A stretch of 64,000 nt of DNA from Octopus vulgaris (GCA_951406725.2 OX597835.1:3596001-3660000); one strand, 5' to 3'. Counted from the first letter of the stretch, positions 45,738-59,995 are shown. Made by a program: numbers and translations. The notes: generated from the sequence alone by a model not told the origin.

Positions 45738-46215
45738 ATGTATCAAAACCAACCTTATTCGACGCCGTTTTCGGTGAAAGACATATTGAACTGGTCCGAA
45801 CAACAGTCGAATATGGTGTTTGAAAATTTCCCGGTTGCCGCCAACACCGGCACTTTCGGAATGAACTTCGCTATGGCAAACGGTTACAACGTGGAATCAT
45901 CGCTAGCCCATCCGGGTGGTCGCTTGGTGGAGTGTGGCGGCGGCGGCGGCGGCGGAGGTGGCAGTGGCGGCGGCGGCGGTGGCGGCGGCGGAGGCGGTGG
46001 TGGGAGCGGGGCAGACCCTCATATGCTAGCCGTTTCAAACAATCCTTCATGTATCTATGGCAACACAGCCAACCAAGCACCGACCACACCTCTGCAGCCA
46101 ACGTACGCCAACCTGTCTTGCGCGCCATCTTCGGCTGCCAGCGATTTACACAACACCCCACCCACACCTGGAACGACACCATCATCTTGCAGGGACGATG
46201 ACGTTGTGGAAAAAA
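45738..46215 (+). CDS. NK4: First coding exon of an NK-class homeobox gene, most like NK4/tinman/Nkx2.3-2.5 (homeobox exon not found in window)
   Basis: ATG 45738 is the first in-frame Met after an in-frame TAA (45639). Translation MYQNQPYSTPFSVKDILNWSEQQ closely matches the N-terminal TN/eh1 motif of Nkx2.3/2.5 (STPFSVKDILNLEQQ). GC-rich, non-repetitive sequence with Gly- and Pro/Ser/Thr-rich segments. Ends at a consensus donor AA|GTAAGT (46216), phase 1. Confidence 0.85.
45936..46010 (+). repeat. Coding (GGC)n-rich tract encoding G9-S-G13-S-G
   Basis: In-frame GGN repeats within the NK exon. Confidence 0.9.
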
Positions 46216-46292
46216 GTAAGTAAATCCTACCACCATTTCCTTATCGAACTTATTACGCCCACCTTTGCTAATGATGCAATTTCTCATCTTAC

Positions 46293-46377
46293 CGTTTCCT
46301 TGAACTTTCCCATACAGAGATTCGCCTCTATTGTATGCATGTATGTATGTATGTATGTATGTATGTATGTATGTATG

Positions 46378-46408
<31 letters not shown>

Positions 46409-46806
46409 GGATGTATGTATGTGTGTATGTATGTATGTATGTATGTATGTATATATGTATGTATGTATTTATATATGTATGTATGTATGTATGTACGTAT
46501 GTATTTACATATATACTGGTCCGAACTAGTCAAATATGGTGTTTCTTTGAACTCTCCCATACAAAGAGTCGCCTCTATTGTATGTATGCATGTATGTTTG
46601 TATGTATGTATGTATGTATGTATGTATGTATGTATGTTTGTATGTATGTATGTATGTATGTTTGTATGTATGTATGTATGTATGTTTGTATGTATGTATG
46701 TATGTATGTTTGTATGTATGTATGTTTGTATGTATGTTTGTATGTATGTTTGTATGTATGTATGTATGTTTGTATGTATGTATGTATGTATGTATGTATG
46801 TATGTA

Positions 46807-46870
<64 letters not shown>
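46293..46870 (+). repeat. Intronic local duplication (~45 bp at 46293 and 46540), each copy followed by (TATG)n, then (TG)n
   Basis: gtttc.ttgaact.tcccataca.aga.tcgcctctattgtatg occurs twice. Confidence 0.85.
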
Positions 46871-46874
<4 letters not shown>

Positions 46875-47049
46875 CTTTTGAGTTATATTCAAGTTCCTGA
46901 AAGTTTTTAAACCGGTCGCTACAATAAAGTGACAAGATCCTTTCAGTTAAGAGAGTTCATGATATGCGCAAATATGTGGTTGTGTTGGTTGAACTGTCGA
47001 TGTACACACTTTCAGTGTATACTTCTCTTCATATAAGGAAACCTCCGGT

Positions 47050-48569
47050 GGAGAATCTTCTGAATGCCGTACAAATTTTCACTGTTCCGCTAATAGATTG
47101 GATTAGGAGAATCCGCGCCAGCTTCTTTTGCTCCTTCTTCGAAAAACCTAGTATTTCTAGGAGTTTGAGTAAATTTGTGTATACATAGACTAATACACCT
47201 ATGCTGAAAGGTGCAAATGAGTATTTATAGCCACGATACAAGAGCTGTGAATTTCGCATTAATTAGCCATAACTGTATTCTTTTTTTTTTCTGGACATTT
47301 GATTGTACATTCACATCTGTTGTGCAGCTGACCTCGACAACGATGCACGAATTTTCTTCTCTCTCTCAAAGAACAATATCAGGTCTGTTATATTTGCACC
47401 GAATTGTTGTTTTTATTGGAGTGTTTCTCTAGTATGCCTTGTTTTTAAAAGTGTGAATACCTTCTGGTCCTAACATAGCTTTGGGGTATACGTCAGGGCA
47501 ATCATCTCTGTGTGCAGCATTGTAAATAATCTTTGCACTATATCGTGCCTCAGGGGTACTTTGTATCTCGTAGACATTTTGGGGCAGCTGCTGATGATGT
47601 GGGTGATACCTTCCATATCGATATAATATAGCAGAGCCAACATTTTGTTATCACAACGTGGAGGTTTGGTGGTATCTTTGTCCTTCTTGTTATCAGGTAT
47701 TTAGTATCTCTTTCCTGTTCCTGGATAGAGAAGGAATATCCTAGGAGGGATGCAATATATTTATCACAGGACTATTCTTCCTGTGAATGCTGTTGTTATC
47801 TTCTAGCTTACGGGATATGTACGCATGCATGATCTTTTTTTGTTAGTAAGATGCACACTTCTCCTCCAGGCTTCTGTTCAGGTAGGTCAGTCCAACTCCT
47901 TGTCTCGCAAGAGATAGTTGTATTCTCTGAGTACCTGCTCAGTAGTTCTTCCCCGACTCTAAAACTGTTCTTGCTCTGACTTTTGAATGTGCATTTATTG
48001 TGGTCATTTCTTTCTTTAATATTCAGCAGGTGTTATTTGAGTGATACAACGCGTCATTCAAAGGCTGTTTGGACTGATATTTTGCCACTACCATCATCAC
48101 ACCGTCTCGCATAGATCCTGTCGGTGTCGCAGTTGATATAGAAGTTACCAGTGGTAGTTAGTACCATTCTAGTTTTGATGTGTAAGCTGCGGATCTCGTC
48201 AAGTGTCCAATCCAACATCCCAAATATTGGTACTAGTACTGGCCCTGAAATGTAGTGTGAGATACAGTCTTGTTAAATGCAGACAGCTCCGAGTTCCATA
48301 CTTTTTGGAGTTTGCAGAAGTACTCATTTTTTAAATATGGCTTTAGTCACAGCAACAATGTATGCACAACATTTTCATCGATTCCAAGATACTTGCAGTT
48401 TTCATCATTAGAGATGGAGAGATAGACAAGCCGTTCGTCTACATGTCTTTTTTTTTGTCTGGTTGGCAAGCATTCCTCGGCTGAGTCTCATGCACGAGCA
48501 TTTATCTTGCCCAAACTCTATTCCTGTGTCCCGCGAGAGTGTTGCGACTGGTTCTAATTGTTTCTTCAT
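47050..48569 (-). mobile_element. R4/Dong-like non-LTR retrotransposon relic (RT C-terminus, CCHC knuckle, RLE), antisense in the NK intron
   Basis: Minus-strand translation across stops and frameshifts: [39 protein letters not shown] (47542-47550), YNRPDIVL..CIVVEVSC (RPDIV at 47372-47386), LGFSKKEQKKLARILLIQSISGTVKIC. Confidence 0.88.
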
Positions 48570-48590
48570 GTCTGTGTGTGTGTGTGTTTA

Positions 48591-48645
<55 letters not shown>

Positions 48646-48650
48646 GTATT

Positions 48651-48688
<38 letters not shown>

Positions 48689-49150
48689 TATATATGTATG
48701 TATGTATGTATGTATATGTATAAATTAAATTAGGGATAAAACCACTATTAGGCAAATCAAACTATGAAAAACATAAACCAAAACATAAAAATAATAATAA
48801 TCTCTAATTTAATTTATATTTATACTGTGAAATTGGATTTAATCCTAAATCTAATTTTTCCCTTTAAGTTTGGATTTACTCCCTAATATCATTATTATGT
48901 ATATGTATATGTATGTATGTATATGTATGTATGTATGTAAGTATTTGTTCATGCATGCATATATAGATACATACAAACATACATAGGGGCACAGATATAT
49001 ATATGTGTGTGTGTGTGTGTGGGGGGAATTATGTGTGTGTGAAAACATAGACGAATACAAACACATATATGTAATAATGATCATTGGTTTACCGGTGTTC
49101 TTTCGTTGATATGTGTGTGTGTATCTGTCTGTCTTTGTATGTACGTGCGG

Positions 49151-49190
<40 letters not shown>

Positions 49191-49480
49191 GAATATTTCA
49201 CATTATGTATGTCACAAGTGCTTCGTTACGTAAAGACCACACAGATCAAGGAACTACAAGACACTAATAACAGAACAAAACAAAAACAAGATCCATTCTC
49301 ATATCAGAAACGAAGACAACTCTAATGCCCCAGGACCACAGACGTCGATACAATTCCTCGGCTAAAAAAAATTCTCTCAAGAGCCGAACATGAAACAAAA
49401 CGAGTAGACAGAGTTGTTTGATAACGCAATGACAACACTTTCATCTAAACAGATATCAGCTGCTCCGTAATGAATAAGTA

Positions 49481-49565
<85 letters not shown>

Positions 49566-49583
49566 GATAGATGTGTATGTATG

Positions 49584-49620
<37 letters not shown>

Positions 49621-49666
49621 ATATATAGATAGATGTGTGTGTATGTATATATATTTTATATATACA

Positions 49667-49719
<53 letters not shown>

Positions 49720-49741
49720 CGTATATATATGTGTGTATGTC

Positions 49742-49776
<35 letters not shown>

Positions 49777-49785
49777 AGATAGATT

Positions 49786-49847
<62 letters not shown>

Positions 49848-50126
49848 TTCATAGAAATATAGAAATATAGAAATTTCGGAGATATACATGTCTGGAAAAG
49901 GATTAGATTTGAGAACATGAGTTGAAACTAAAACAATTACAGCATGGAAGAGATATTTTGGCCATTTCAAAAACACACAAAACTGTTTGGCGTCAAACTT
50001 TTCGTCACACCAACTACATTGCCTTGGTCAATGACACAGCTCAACTTTAGTATAGCAGTGATGGCTAATAAATATAGTTCACGTGCTGTAATTTTGTGTG
50101 TACAATATACATACATACATGCATGC

Positions 50127-50272
<146 letters not shown>

Positions 50273-50300
50273 ATATGTATATTTGTATATGTATGTATAT

Positions 50301-50352
<52 letters not shown>

Positions 50353-50743
50353 TATACATGTATACATATATAAAGATATACATATATATATGCGTACATA
50401 TACATATGTACACACATACATACATTCATACATACATGTATGTCTCTATGTTTTCTCTCTCTTTCTATGTGTGTGTGTATTGTTGATGGAAGCCACTGTC
50501 GGAAGCACATTTTGTATTTCTTCCCTCTCGTGACATACCAACATGCCACCAACTCTTCTTCAATGTTTCCCATAAAAAACTTCTGACGGCGTCCATGTTG
50601 AATATTATCTTCTCATCGTGACATACAATGAACGCATCCAGACTCGGGTGTCAGCTTAATGAAACCATACCAATATGTTATGACATAGTTGTTTCGTGCA
50701 CATACATAGGCATATGCATATACACATGAATAATATATATATG

Positions 50744-50779
<36 letters not shown>

Positions 50780-50785
<6 letters not shown>

Positions 50786-50908
50786 TGTTGTGTCAGGGGA
50801 GAGTCATTCTCTTTTAGTGCCTTATAATTTAAGGCACTATTTATTTATGAGTATGTTAAATAATAAGGCACTAAAAGAGAATGACTCTCCCCAGACACAA
50901 CAGAATAT
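50780..50908. repeat. Hairpin: 46-bp arms (one mismatch) around a 37-nt loop
   Basis: atattctgttgtgtcaggggagagtcattctcttttagtgccttat (50780-50825) and its reverse complement at 50863-50908. Confidence 0.9.
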
Positions 50909-52323
50909 GCTTCAACACACGAACTCACATAAAGGATCTTGCAAACCAAATCCAAAAACGAAATATATATATATAAGTATTTATTATACATATATGTATA
51001 TATTGTGTTTATATTTATTATTAATATAATTTATACCTATATACATAATATATACTACCCAATTTATACATGTATGTATATTACGCCTTTATTCGCTCTC
51101 TCTCTCACTCTCACTCTCTCTCTCAACACACACACACACACTAACACATACACACTCAGTAACACCCATGCTCACTAACACACTCATATATTCTTGCGAA
51201 TACATATAGATACATTCATACATGCACACATACATACATATATACATACATATATACATACATACACACACACACACATACACACATATAGAGAAACTGA
51301 TAGATAAATAAATCGATACAAACATACAAAACAACACACATAAATGCATACATACATGCATAACATACATACATGCATGCATACATACATACATACATAC
51401 ATTTTTATACATGCATAGATACATAGATGCATTTACATACATGCATGCATGCAATACATACATATGTATCTATCTATTTAGAAATATATAAAAAATACAA
51501 AATGGGACAAGAACGCAAAACATCCAAATAGACGATAAAAAACACGGACGGGTCATTCGAAGCCTTTAATCTTCAGTCAAGAACCGGATCATCCTCGCAA
51601 TTTCGGCTGATAAATCTTAGATAGACAGATATCTAAATAGATTTAGTAAAACAGAAGAAATAGAACAAAATCCTTGAGTTTATAAATATCTTAAATTTAA
51701 TGAACAGTTACTCAAAGAATTCAACCAACGAGAGTTTCGTGCAGCATGGAACTCATCAGATTTTGATAAATGCTACATAGCGGGCCTCGAGTAACTGTTT
51801 GAAATTTCGATTGATTACCAAATGAAATAAGCATGATTGTACGCGCGTCTGTGTGTGTGTGTGTGTGTAATTTCCTTTTGATTCAACATGACTGTTACCA
51901 CAAAAGGGAAACATATTTTTCTGTCGCTGAGATTTGCGTCACTCCATGAAGTATAAAGCAAAATTTTAGCCATCTTCTCATATTCATCCTTTGCACGACT
52001 TTACATGCCAAGTCATCAGGGTGCGCCTGTATGACCTCACGAACTACTGGAAAATAGCAGGCAAAGCCCAAAAGTATGTCTTCTGTAAAAAGGATGGGCG
52101 TATTGTGTCATGATGTCCTTAATATGTAATGCCCAAGTGAAAAATGACCAGTGTTCGCGGCTCAAAGTCTCTTTAAATTTGATAAACTACGTACGGACTC
52201 ACTGACTCGTAGAACAGGCAGATACAACTTTGCTTCCTGTTAACATATATCTACACATAAACACACACACACATATATATATATATATAGACACAGAAAT
52301 ACATAGATGCACAAATATATTAA

Positions 52324-52367
<44 letters not shown>

Positions 52368-52368
<1 letters not shown>

Positions 52369-52736
52369 GAGCAAAACGCCCTCCGTCCAATGGACGGTGC
52401 TGAGTTGTCAAACATTTAAACCAAATTCTCTCAAAACAACTTGACCGACCGCCTCATAGGCCTTCCCTTTGAGAATCACTGAATTAACCTAAATTTGAGA
52501 CACCAGCAAAGGAAGAAATAAAGAAATTTTTCTATTCCAAAGAAAAACGATTTTACAAATGCACGTTCCCACGGCTTCATCGATCACATTCTCACCTGGA
52601 ATCGAATTTTGTAATTTTTTTCAAGGCTTATACGCGCCCTGATGCCGTCGGTATCTACATATCAAAATTGAGCGTAATCGGATGGAGGATGCCCGAGATC
52701 CTAGAGACACACACAGACAGACAGACAGGACGGATT

Positions 52737-52745
<9 letters not shown>
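52368..52745 (-). mobile_element. Non-autonomous Helitron family H2
   Basis: Reverse complement of 24625-24980. Perfect hairpin CCGTCCA-T-TGGACGG lies 11 nt before the terminal CTCG. Confidence 0.7.
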
Positions 52746-52794
<49 letters not shown>

Positions 52795-52873
52795 GGTCCC
52801 GGGTTGAGTAACCACAGTCAATAAGGTACTCAATACATAGCAGAGTAAATTAATTTATTATGTAGAAGGAGTT

Positions 52874-52959
52874 TACAGGACTAGAACTGTTTCATTCAAA
52901 AGAAATCATCAGGAAGCTTCCTGATGATTTCTTTTGAATGAAACAGTTCTAGTCCTGTA
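52874..52959. repeat. Perfect 86-bp palindrome centred on AAGCTT (imperfect extension 52855-52981)
   Basis: 43-bp arms with no spacer. Contains CTGATGA..GAAAC. Confidence 0.92.
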
Positions 52960-52978
52960 GAAGCTTCTTCTATATAAT

Positions 52979-53036
<58 letters not shown>

Positions 53037-53290
53037 CACACATACATTTATAAATGTAAATGTACGTAAATATATACATATAATCCAAATAATAAAAGAC
53101 AAAGAAATCCATTAGCATATCTGTATTTATTCGCAACAATTGTTTCTGCACCAGCTCTACTTGCAAAGCCAGTTGACGCAATAATTCGAAGTGTAAGTCT
53201 ACCTGATGTTTTCGGCTTTAGACATTCGAGTGGCACTTCATCAGAGTTGTATCAAAGGTGCGTTTTTGCATTATGGTTAAAAATATGTAA

Positions 53291-53329
<39 letters not shown>

Positions 53330-53924
53330 CATATGTATGTATGTCTGTATGTATGCTTCAGCACAGTTTTCGATTCCATGTTCCTAATTCCATTCATAAT
53401 ATTTTGCATTAATTAACCCGTGACATTTATAAAGTGTTGACAAGCAATCATAGTAAGATCGAACTCGGAATGATGTGATTAGGAGTCAAACTTGTAAACA
53501 TACAAATTAGACATACATAACATTTTAAAGTTTAGATTTATACTTGTAATTATTGGAGCAGTAGGATATATAAGAATCTGCCTAAGAACTAATCTTGACA
53601 AATAAGAATTCTGGAAACCAGAAAAGAGAAAGCTGATTAGAAGAATACGGATAGAATTCATCAATGGAACTGCCAAAATTTGTAAAACGTTCCAAAAGCA
53701 TTTTATTTAAATATATTGCGCACGTCAAGGCATGTAGCTATATGCATGAGAATACATATATAAAACAAAATATGCAAATCTGCACAACCTCAAACATTGC
53801 ACATATACACACAGAAATGCACGAATACCTTCTTGGTATAAAAACCCAAAGAAGGATTGAATCTAGGTTTACATACATATATACATCCATACACACATGC
53901 ATACATATATATATAAATATATAC

Positions 53925-53972
<48 letters not shown>

Positions 53973-54171
53973 CATATGCCCATATATGTTCATATATACA
54001 AGCAAAAAATATATGAATATACATATGTAAATGTATACATCTAATACAGAGAGAAAATTTTTGAACAAAAATTTTATCTGTGGCCAGCATATTAAAATAT
54101 CTTTCAAGGTGAAAATATAAATAATTATGTAAATGTAGGTGTATATATACGTATGTATGTTTATATATATG

Positions 54172-54214
<43 letters not shown>

Positions 54215-54310
54215 TTATATAAATGTATTTGTTTACATATACACATATATATAATATATATACATATATATATACATATATATATATACATACATACATA
54301 CATACATACA

Positions 54311-54346
<36 letters not shown>

Positions 54347-54370
54347 CACATATATATATGTATATATATA

Positions 54371-54413
<43 letters not shown>

Positions 54414-54415
54414 AT

Positions 54416-54470
<55 letters not shown>

Positions 54471-54550
54471 AGTTGGTGCTCCAGCATGGCAACAGTCACA
54501 ATGACTGAGACAAGTAAACGACCAAAACAATATATATATATATATATATG

Positions 54551-54603
<53 letters not shown>

Positions 54604-54990
54604 TTAAATCAATAAAGAAAATAGAGAGATACAATAGGCAATCCAATAATTCATACATAAAATACTACGGAAATAATATAAGACAGCGTTAAAAAAATAA
54701 TTAAGAAACCAAATTAGCCAACAATTAGTTTCGACTCCTATACATTTTTCTGATATATAAACAATTCAATTCATTTCTATTGAACTCTACATTATCTTAT
54801 ATTCATAGTATATTATGTTGTATTAAAATATAAATAAATGATTGCATTGTCAATTGGATCTCTCGATTTCATTGTTTGTAATTTGCATTTGGCCCATGTT
54901 TACGTGATATTCAACTTATGCATATGTGAATTGGATGTTTTACACACCCTTTCTGAAGGAATTCCTTTCCTCAGTTTGTTACTATATATT

Positions 54991-55030
<40 letters not shown>

Positions 55031-55601
55031 CACACGCAATTACAGTTGGCCATTGTCTTGTGTATATGCGCATTGAATAATATTTCTTGACCCACGTGTT
55101 TTTCTTCTGACTATCCGTTCTCTTCCCCTATTTGTCTTCTCTGGACTTTCGCTCACTTCACACGACAAAGACCCGTGGCCAAAAACGTATTTCCACTTCT
55201 AGTTTTCTTATCCAATAGTTTCACCGAGCGTCAAACCGACATATTCACTGGGAAAAACCTTTAGACTTTTTCCTGTTTTTATTTATTGTTCTCGAAGCCG
55301 TCCTTCCTCACGCATTTGCCGAATCACATACATACATACACACATACATACATACACACATACATACATACATACATACATACATACATACATACATACA
55401 TACATACATACATACATACATACATACATACATACATACATACATACATACATACATACATACATACATACATACATACATACATAAATGCATATATACA
55501 TGAATCAACGTCAGAAGCCAGCTCTTTAATGGCAAAATATTCTGAAATAAAACTAAATATATATATATATATATGTATACACACACACACACATATATAT
55601 A

Positions 55602-55716
<115 letters not shown>

Positions 55717-56059
55717 CATACATATATATATGTGTCTGTGTGTGTGTGAGTTTGTGTGTGTATATATATACATATATACATATAATATATATATAAGTAT
55801 GTATATATATATACATATATACATGTGTATATATATATACATATATATATATATATACACATGTATATATACATACATATTATATTTGTAAATATGTATA
55901 TGTATATTATGTATATATTTGTGTGTGTGTATGTGTGTGTGCATATACATATATATATGTATATATACAATACAGACATATATATTAATGTATATACTTA
56001 CGTATTACATATGTAACTATATATATATATATATATACATACATACATACATATATATT

Positions 56060-56375
56060 ATTTTATTCTTTTACTTATTCCAGTCTCATTTGGCTGCGGC
56101 CATGCTGGAGCACCGCCTTTAGTCGAACAAATCAACCCTTGAACTTATATATATATTCTTTTACTTTCTTCGGTCATTAGTCGTTGTTAGCCTAAAACTT
56201 ATTCTATTGGATGCTTTTGCCGAGCCGCTAAGTTACAGGGACGTAAACTAACCAACATCGGTCTCAAGTGGTAGTGGCTGGGTGGGGGGAACAAACATAG
56301 ACACACAAATGCATACATACATATACATGCAGACATATATTTATATATATATGTATATATATATATGCGTGTGTA

Positions 56376-56417
<42 letters not shown>

Positions 56418-56600
56418 GGCGTTATACTTATAATTACACTCCAGGAGTGGCTGTGTGGTAAATCGCTTGCTTAACAACCACATAGTTCTGGGTTCACTCC
56501 CTCTGCGTGACACCTTAGGCAAGTGTGTTCTACTATAGCCTCGGGCCGACCAAAGCCTTGTGAATGGATTTGTTAGACGGAAACTGAAAGAAGCCCCTTT
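56060..56600 (-). mobile_element. SINE family B with internal microsatellite
   Basis: Tail at 56060-56310 on the minus strand. The head-like segment 56442-56600 reads on the plus strand, so this is probably two adjacent or rearranged copies. Confidence 0.7.
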
Positions 56601-56606
56601 GCATAT

Positions 56607-56660
<54 letters not shown>

Positions 56661-56748
56661 GTATACCTATCTATCTATCTATCTATCTATCTATCTGTCT
56701 TTCTATCTAAAGATATCTATCTAAACACATACATGTCTTTCTATAAAG

Positions 56749-56832
<84 letters not shown>

Positions 56833-56946
56833 GTATATATATAATAATATATATATATATTTGAATATATATATATATATATTCAAAAGAATTTATACTT
56901 ATGTTTTATATGTATATGTATGTATAAATATATATATGTATACATT

Positions 56947-56977
<31 letters not shown>

Positions 56978-57499
56978 ACGCATGCACACAGATACGCGCA
57001 CACATATAATTTGTTTTATCTGTGTAGTATTTGTTTAATCTGTTCTAGTAGGAAAGGTTAAGTGACTCCTTCTCAGACAAGTCGTCAGAGCCTCCACCTT
57101 ATTGTAGAAGAACGGCAAATGTCAAGACGACTGTCACTGCAAACTTTCAAGCAAACTTCCAACTTTTCTCTCTACTTTCGTCGTTTTCTATTTTTTTTTC
57201 TCATACTATAAATTCGTTTTACTGGTGTGTGTGTGTGTATGTGTGGGTTTGTGTGTGTGTGTGTGTGTGTGTGCGTGTGTGCGTGCGTGTATGTGTATAC
57301 ATACATAAATACGTACACATGCACACACCTTTGTATATATATATTTTTTGTTTATCTTGCCATTACGGAACAGTACAATATATATATGTATATATATGTA
57401 TGTATATATATATATACATATACATACACACTTACATTCACACACACATGCATACATACAAATACACACACACACATATATATGTATGTATGTGTATGT

Positions 57500-57546
<47 letters not shown>

Positions 57547-57591
57547 ACATTCATACACACATACATACATACAAATATGCACATACGTACA

Positions 57592-57630
<39 letters not shown>

Positions 57631-57633
57631 ACA

Positions 57634-57679
<46 letters not shown>

Positions 57680-57944
57680 TACATTCATGTATATATATAT
57701 CCATATATATATAAATATATATACTTATATATATATATGTATGCACGTATGTATGTATGTATGTATTTATGTATGAATGTATGTATGTATGTATGTATTA
57801 TCGATGGTTGAATGGATGTAAGTATAAATGCGTGAATATATGTACCTGTTGTGGTCTAACAGTGGTCTGGTGTGTCTGTGTATGTTTGTGTATGCTTGTG
57901 TAGTTGTGTTTACGTATATGACCCTGTCTTTCTCTCACCTCTCA

Positions 57945-58019
<75 letters not shown>

Positions 58020-58314
58020 TAACCTCTCCTTCTGTGTTTCCCTCTTACCCTCACCTCCACACTCTTTCTGTTTATTTTATAGTCTCATCTTTTATATCTT
58101 ATTGTTTCTATGACTTTATTTATGATAAACTCGTGAGTTTATGACTGGTGTGTGCCAGAGAGATCTTATGTTAGTTTTATCTTAAAACGTTGAGTAACAG
58201 AAAGTAGCATTTGTGACATTCATGCCCTTCCTGCAGTAACTATTGTCTCTAGTGAAATGGAGTTTCAGCTTCGAGACATCAAACCTGCGATGTTGACTCG
58301 GATCATTTGTAAAG

Positions 58315-58461
58315 TTTGTGTAGTAAGGAACATGCTTTACAACCACGTGGTTCAGGGTTCAGTCCCACTACGAAGCACCTTGAGCGTCTTCTACTATAGG
58401 CTTGGACCGGTTAAAACCTTGTTACTGGATTTGGTGGACGGACATTAAGAGATGCCTGTTG

Positions 58462-58492
<31 letters not shown>

Positions 58493-58501
58493 GTGTGTGT
58501 A

Positions 58502-58532
<31 letters not shown>

Positions 58533-58722
58533 TTGTCCTACACCGTCGCTTGACAACCGATGTTGGTGTATTTACGTCCTCATTACTCAGCGGCTCGGCA
58601 GCAGAAATGGCTTAAATAAGTACTAGGCTTAATAAAAACATAAGTTCTGGGGATTCGACTAAAATTTTTCAATGTGGTGCCCCAGCATGGCCGCAGTCTG
58701 TTGACTGAAACAAGTAAAAGAT
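58315..58722 (+). mobile_element. SINE family B, diverged, with head, microsatellite and tail
   Basis: Aligns to 26199-26642. Confidence 0.8.
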
Positions 58723-59218
58723 AGAAATTAAAGAACATTTTTTAAAAAAACAGATGTAGAAATTCTGAGCCTGTTGTCTTAGTTGTAGTTAATTGATTTC
58801 TGTGTCGGCCTTGATCCAGAAGACCTGGACGTAGGGCGTACGTTTGAAGGAAAATGGCTATTGTTTCCAACAGAGCTTGTAATGCCGTAGACACCTCACT
58901 TAGACGAGGTCTTTTGTATTTTTTTTGTTTTGTTTTTATCTCTTGGTTCAACAGACTCTGTTTCTGTAGGACTGTAGAATTTGGGTTTAATTGCGAATTG
59001 GCAGTTTAATTCTTGCACGTTATCTCTTCGATATACATTGCACACTCGACCGCTCGCTCTGGTTTGTTTTCTTTCTTGGTCACTCCATCTTCAATATTGT
59101 TTTGGAAAACGGGTACAAAAAAAAATAGAGACAAAATAGTCTACAGTGGGAGGAGAACATTCTGTGCATAACAGAAGAATTTGGATATGTATGTATGATA
59201 ATTTATAAGTTCAAAATA

Positions 59219-59425
59219 CAGGGTGTCCCAGAAGTCGCGCACCATTCTGGTTTTCATTTAAAATAATTAAAGCATTTTATTTTATATTTTTTCTGCATGT
59301 TTTATTGTAGATGGTTCTCAACTTGAGCATTTGTTACGATTAATTTCAATAAAATGTTTTTGAAATCAATGAGGGTGTATTCTTTTAAAAAACCCCGGGT
59401 GGTGCGCAACTTCTGAGAGACCCTG
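59219..59425. mobile_element. Tc1/mariner-type MITE
   Basis: 26-bp TIRs cagggtgtcccagaagtcgcgcacca / tggtgcgcaacttctgagagaccctg with TA TSD. Confidence 0.85.
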
Positions 59426-59679
59426 TATATTCAGTTAGATATGTTTTCGAAATTTGCAAGAGATAAAAATAGAAATCTCTGCAGTATTTTGGTGATACAT
59501 ACATTATTAGTGCATTACTTTCACACACACACACACACACACGTACACACGTACACATACACACACACGTACACATACACACACGTAGACCTACACACAC
59601 ACACGTACACACACACGTACACACACACACACACACATACACACACACGTACACACACACACACGTACACACACACACA

Positions 59680-59732
<53 letters not shown>

Positions 59733-59740
59733 ACACACAC

Positions 59741-59995
59741 AGAGGAAGAGACGAAGAGGTACACTTCAACTTAGTAATATAGAGAAAAGTAACGGGACAG
59801 ATTGATTGTCAGAGGGGAGGAGTAAGTGAATCGGATTGTCAGAGATAACTTACTCATGGCGAAGGAGCTCATTACTGAGTCGCCATTGTTAATCCTGCGC
59901 AGTTTAAAGAGGTGGAATGTTATTAAACTGCCGCTAAAGGCTAAAGGGTAACGTGTCTCGCTATACGGACATACGCCCAATTACTGTAATAAACG
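59741..59995. promoter_or_regulatory. Candidate intronic enhancer island
   Basis: Complex unique sequence between microsatellites. Contains GATTGTCAGAG twice (59804, 59834), TAAGTG, AGATAA and CATTGTT. Confidence 0.3.

Noticed and set aside
45871-46935. Long overlapping ORFs (354 aa minus, 274 aa plus, Arg-rich 89 aa)
   Set aside because: Shadow frames of the GC-rich exon extended by (TATG)n repeats.
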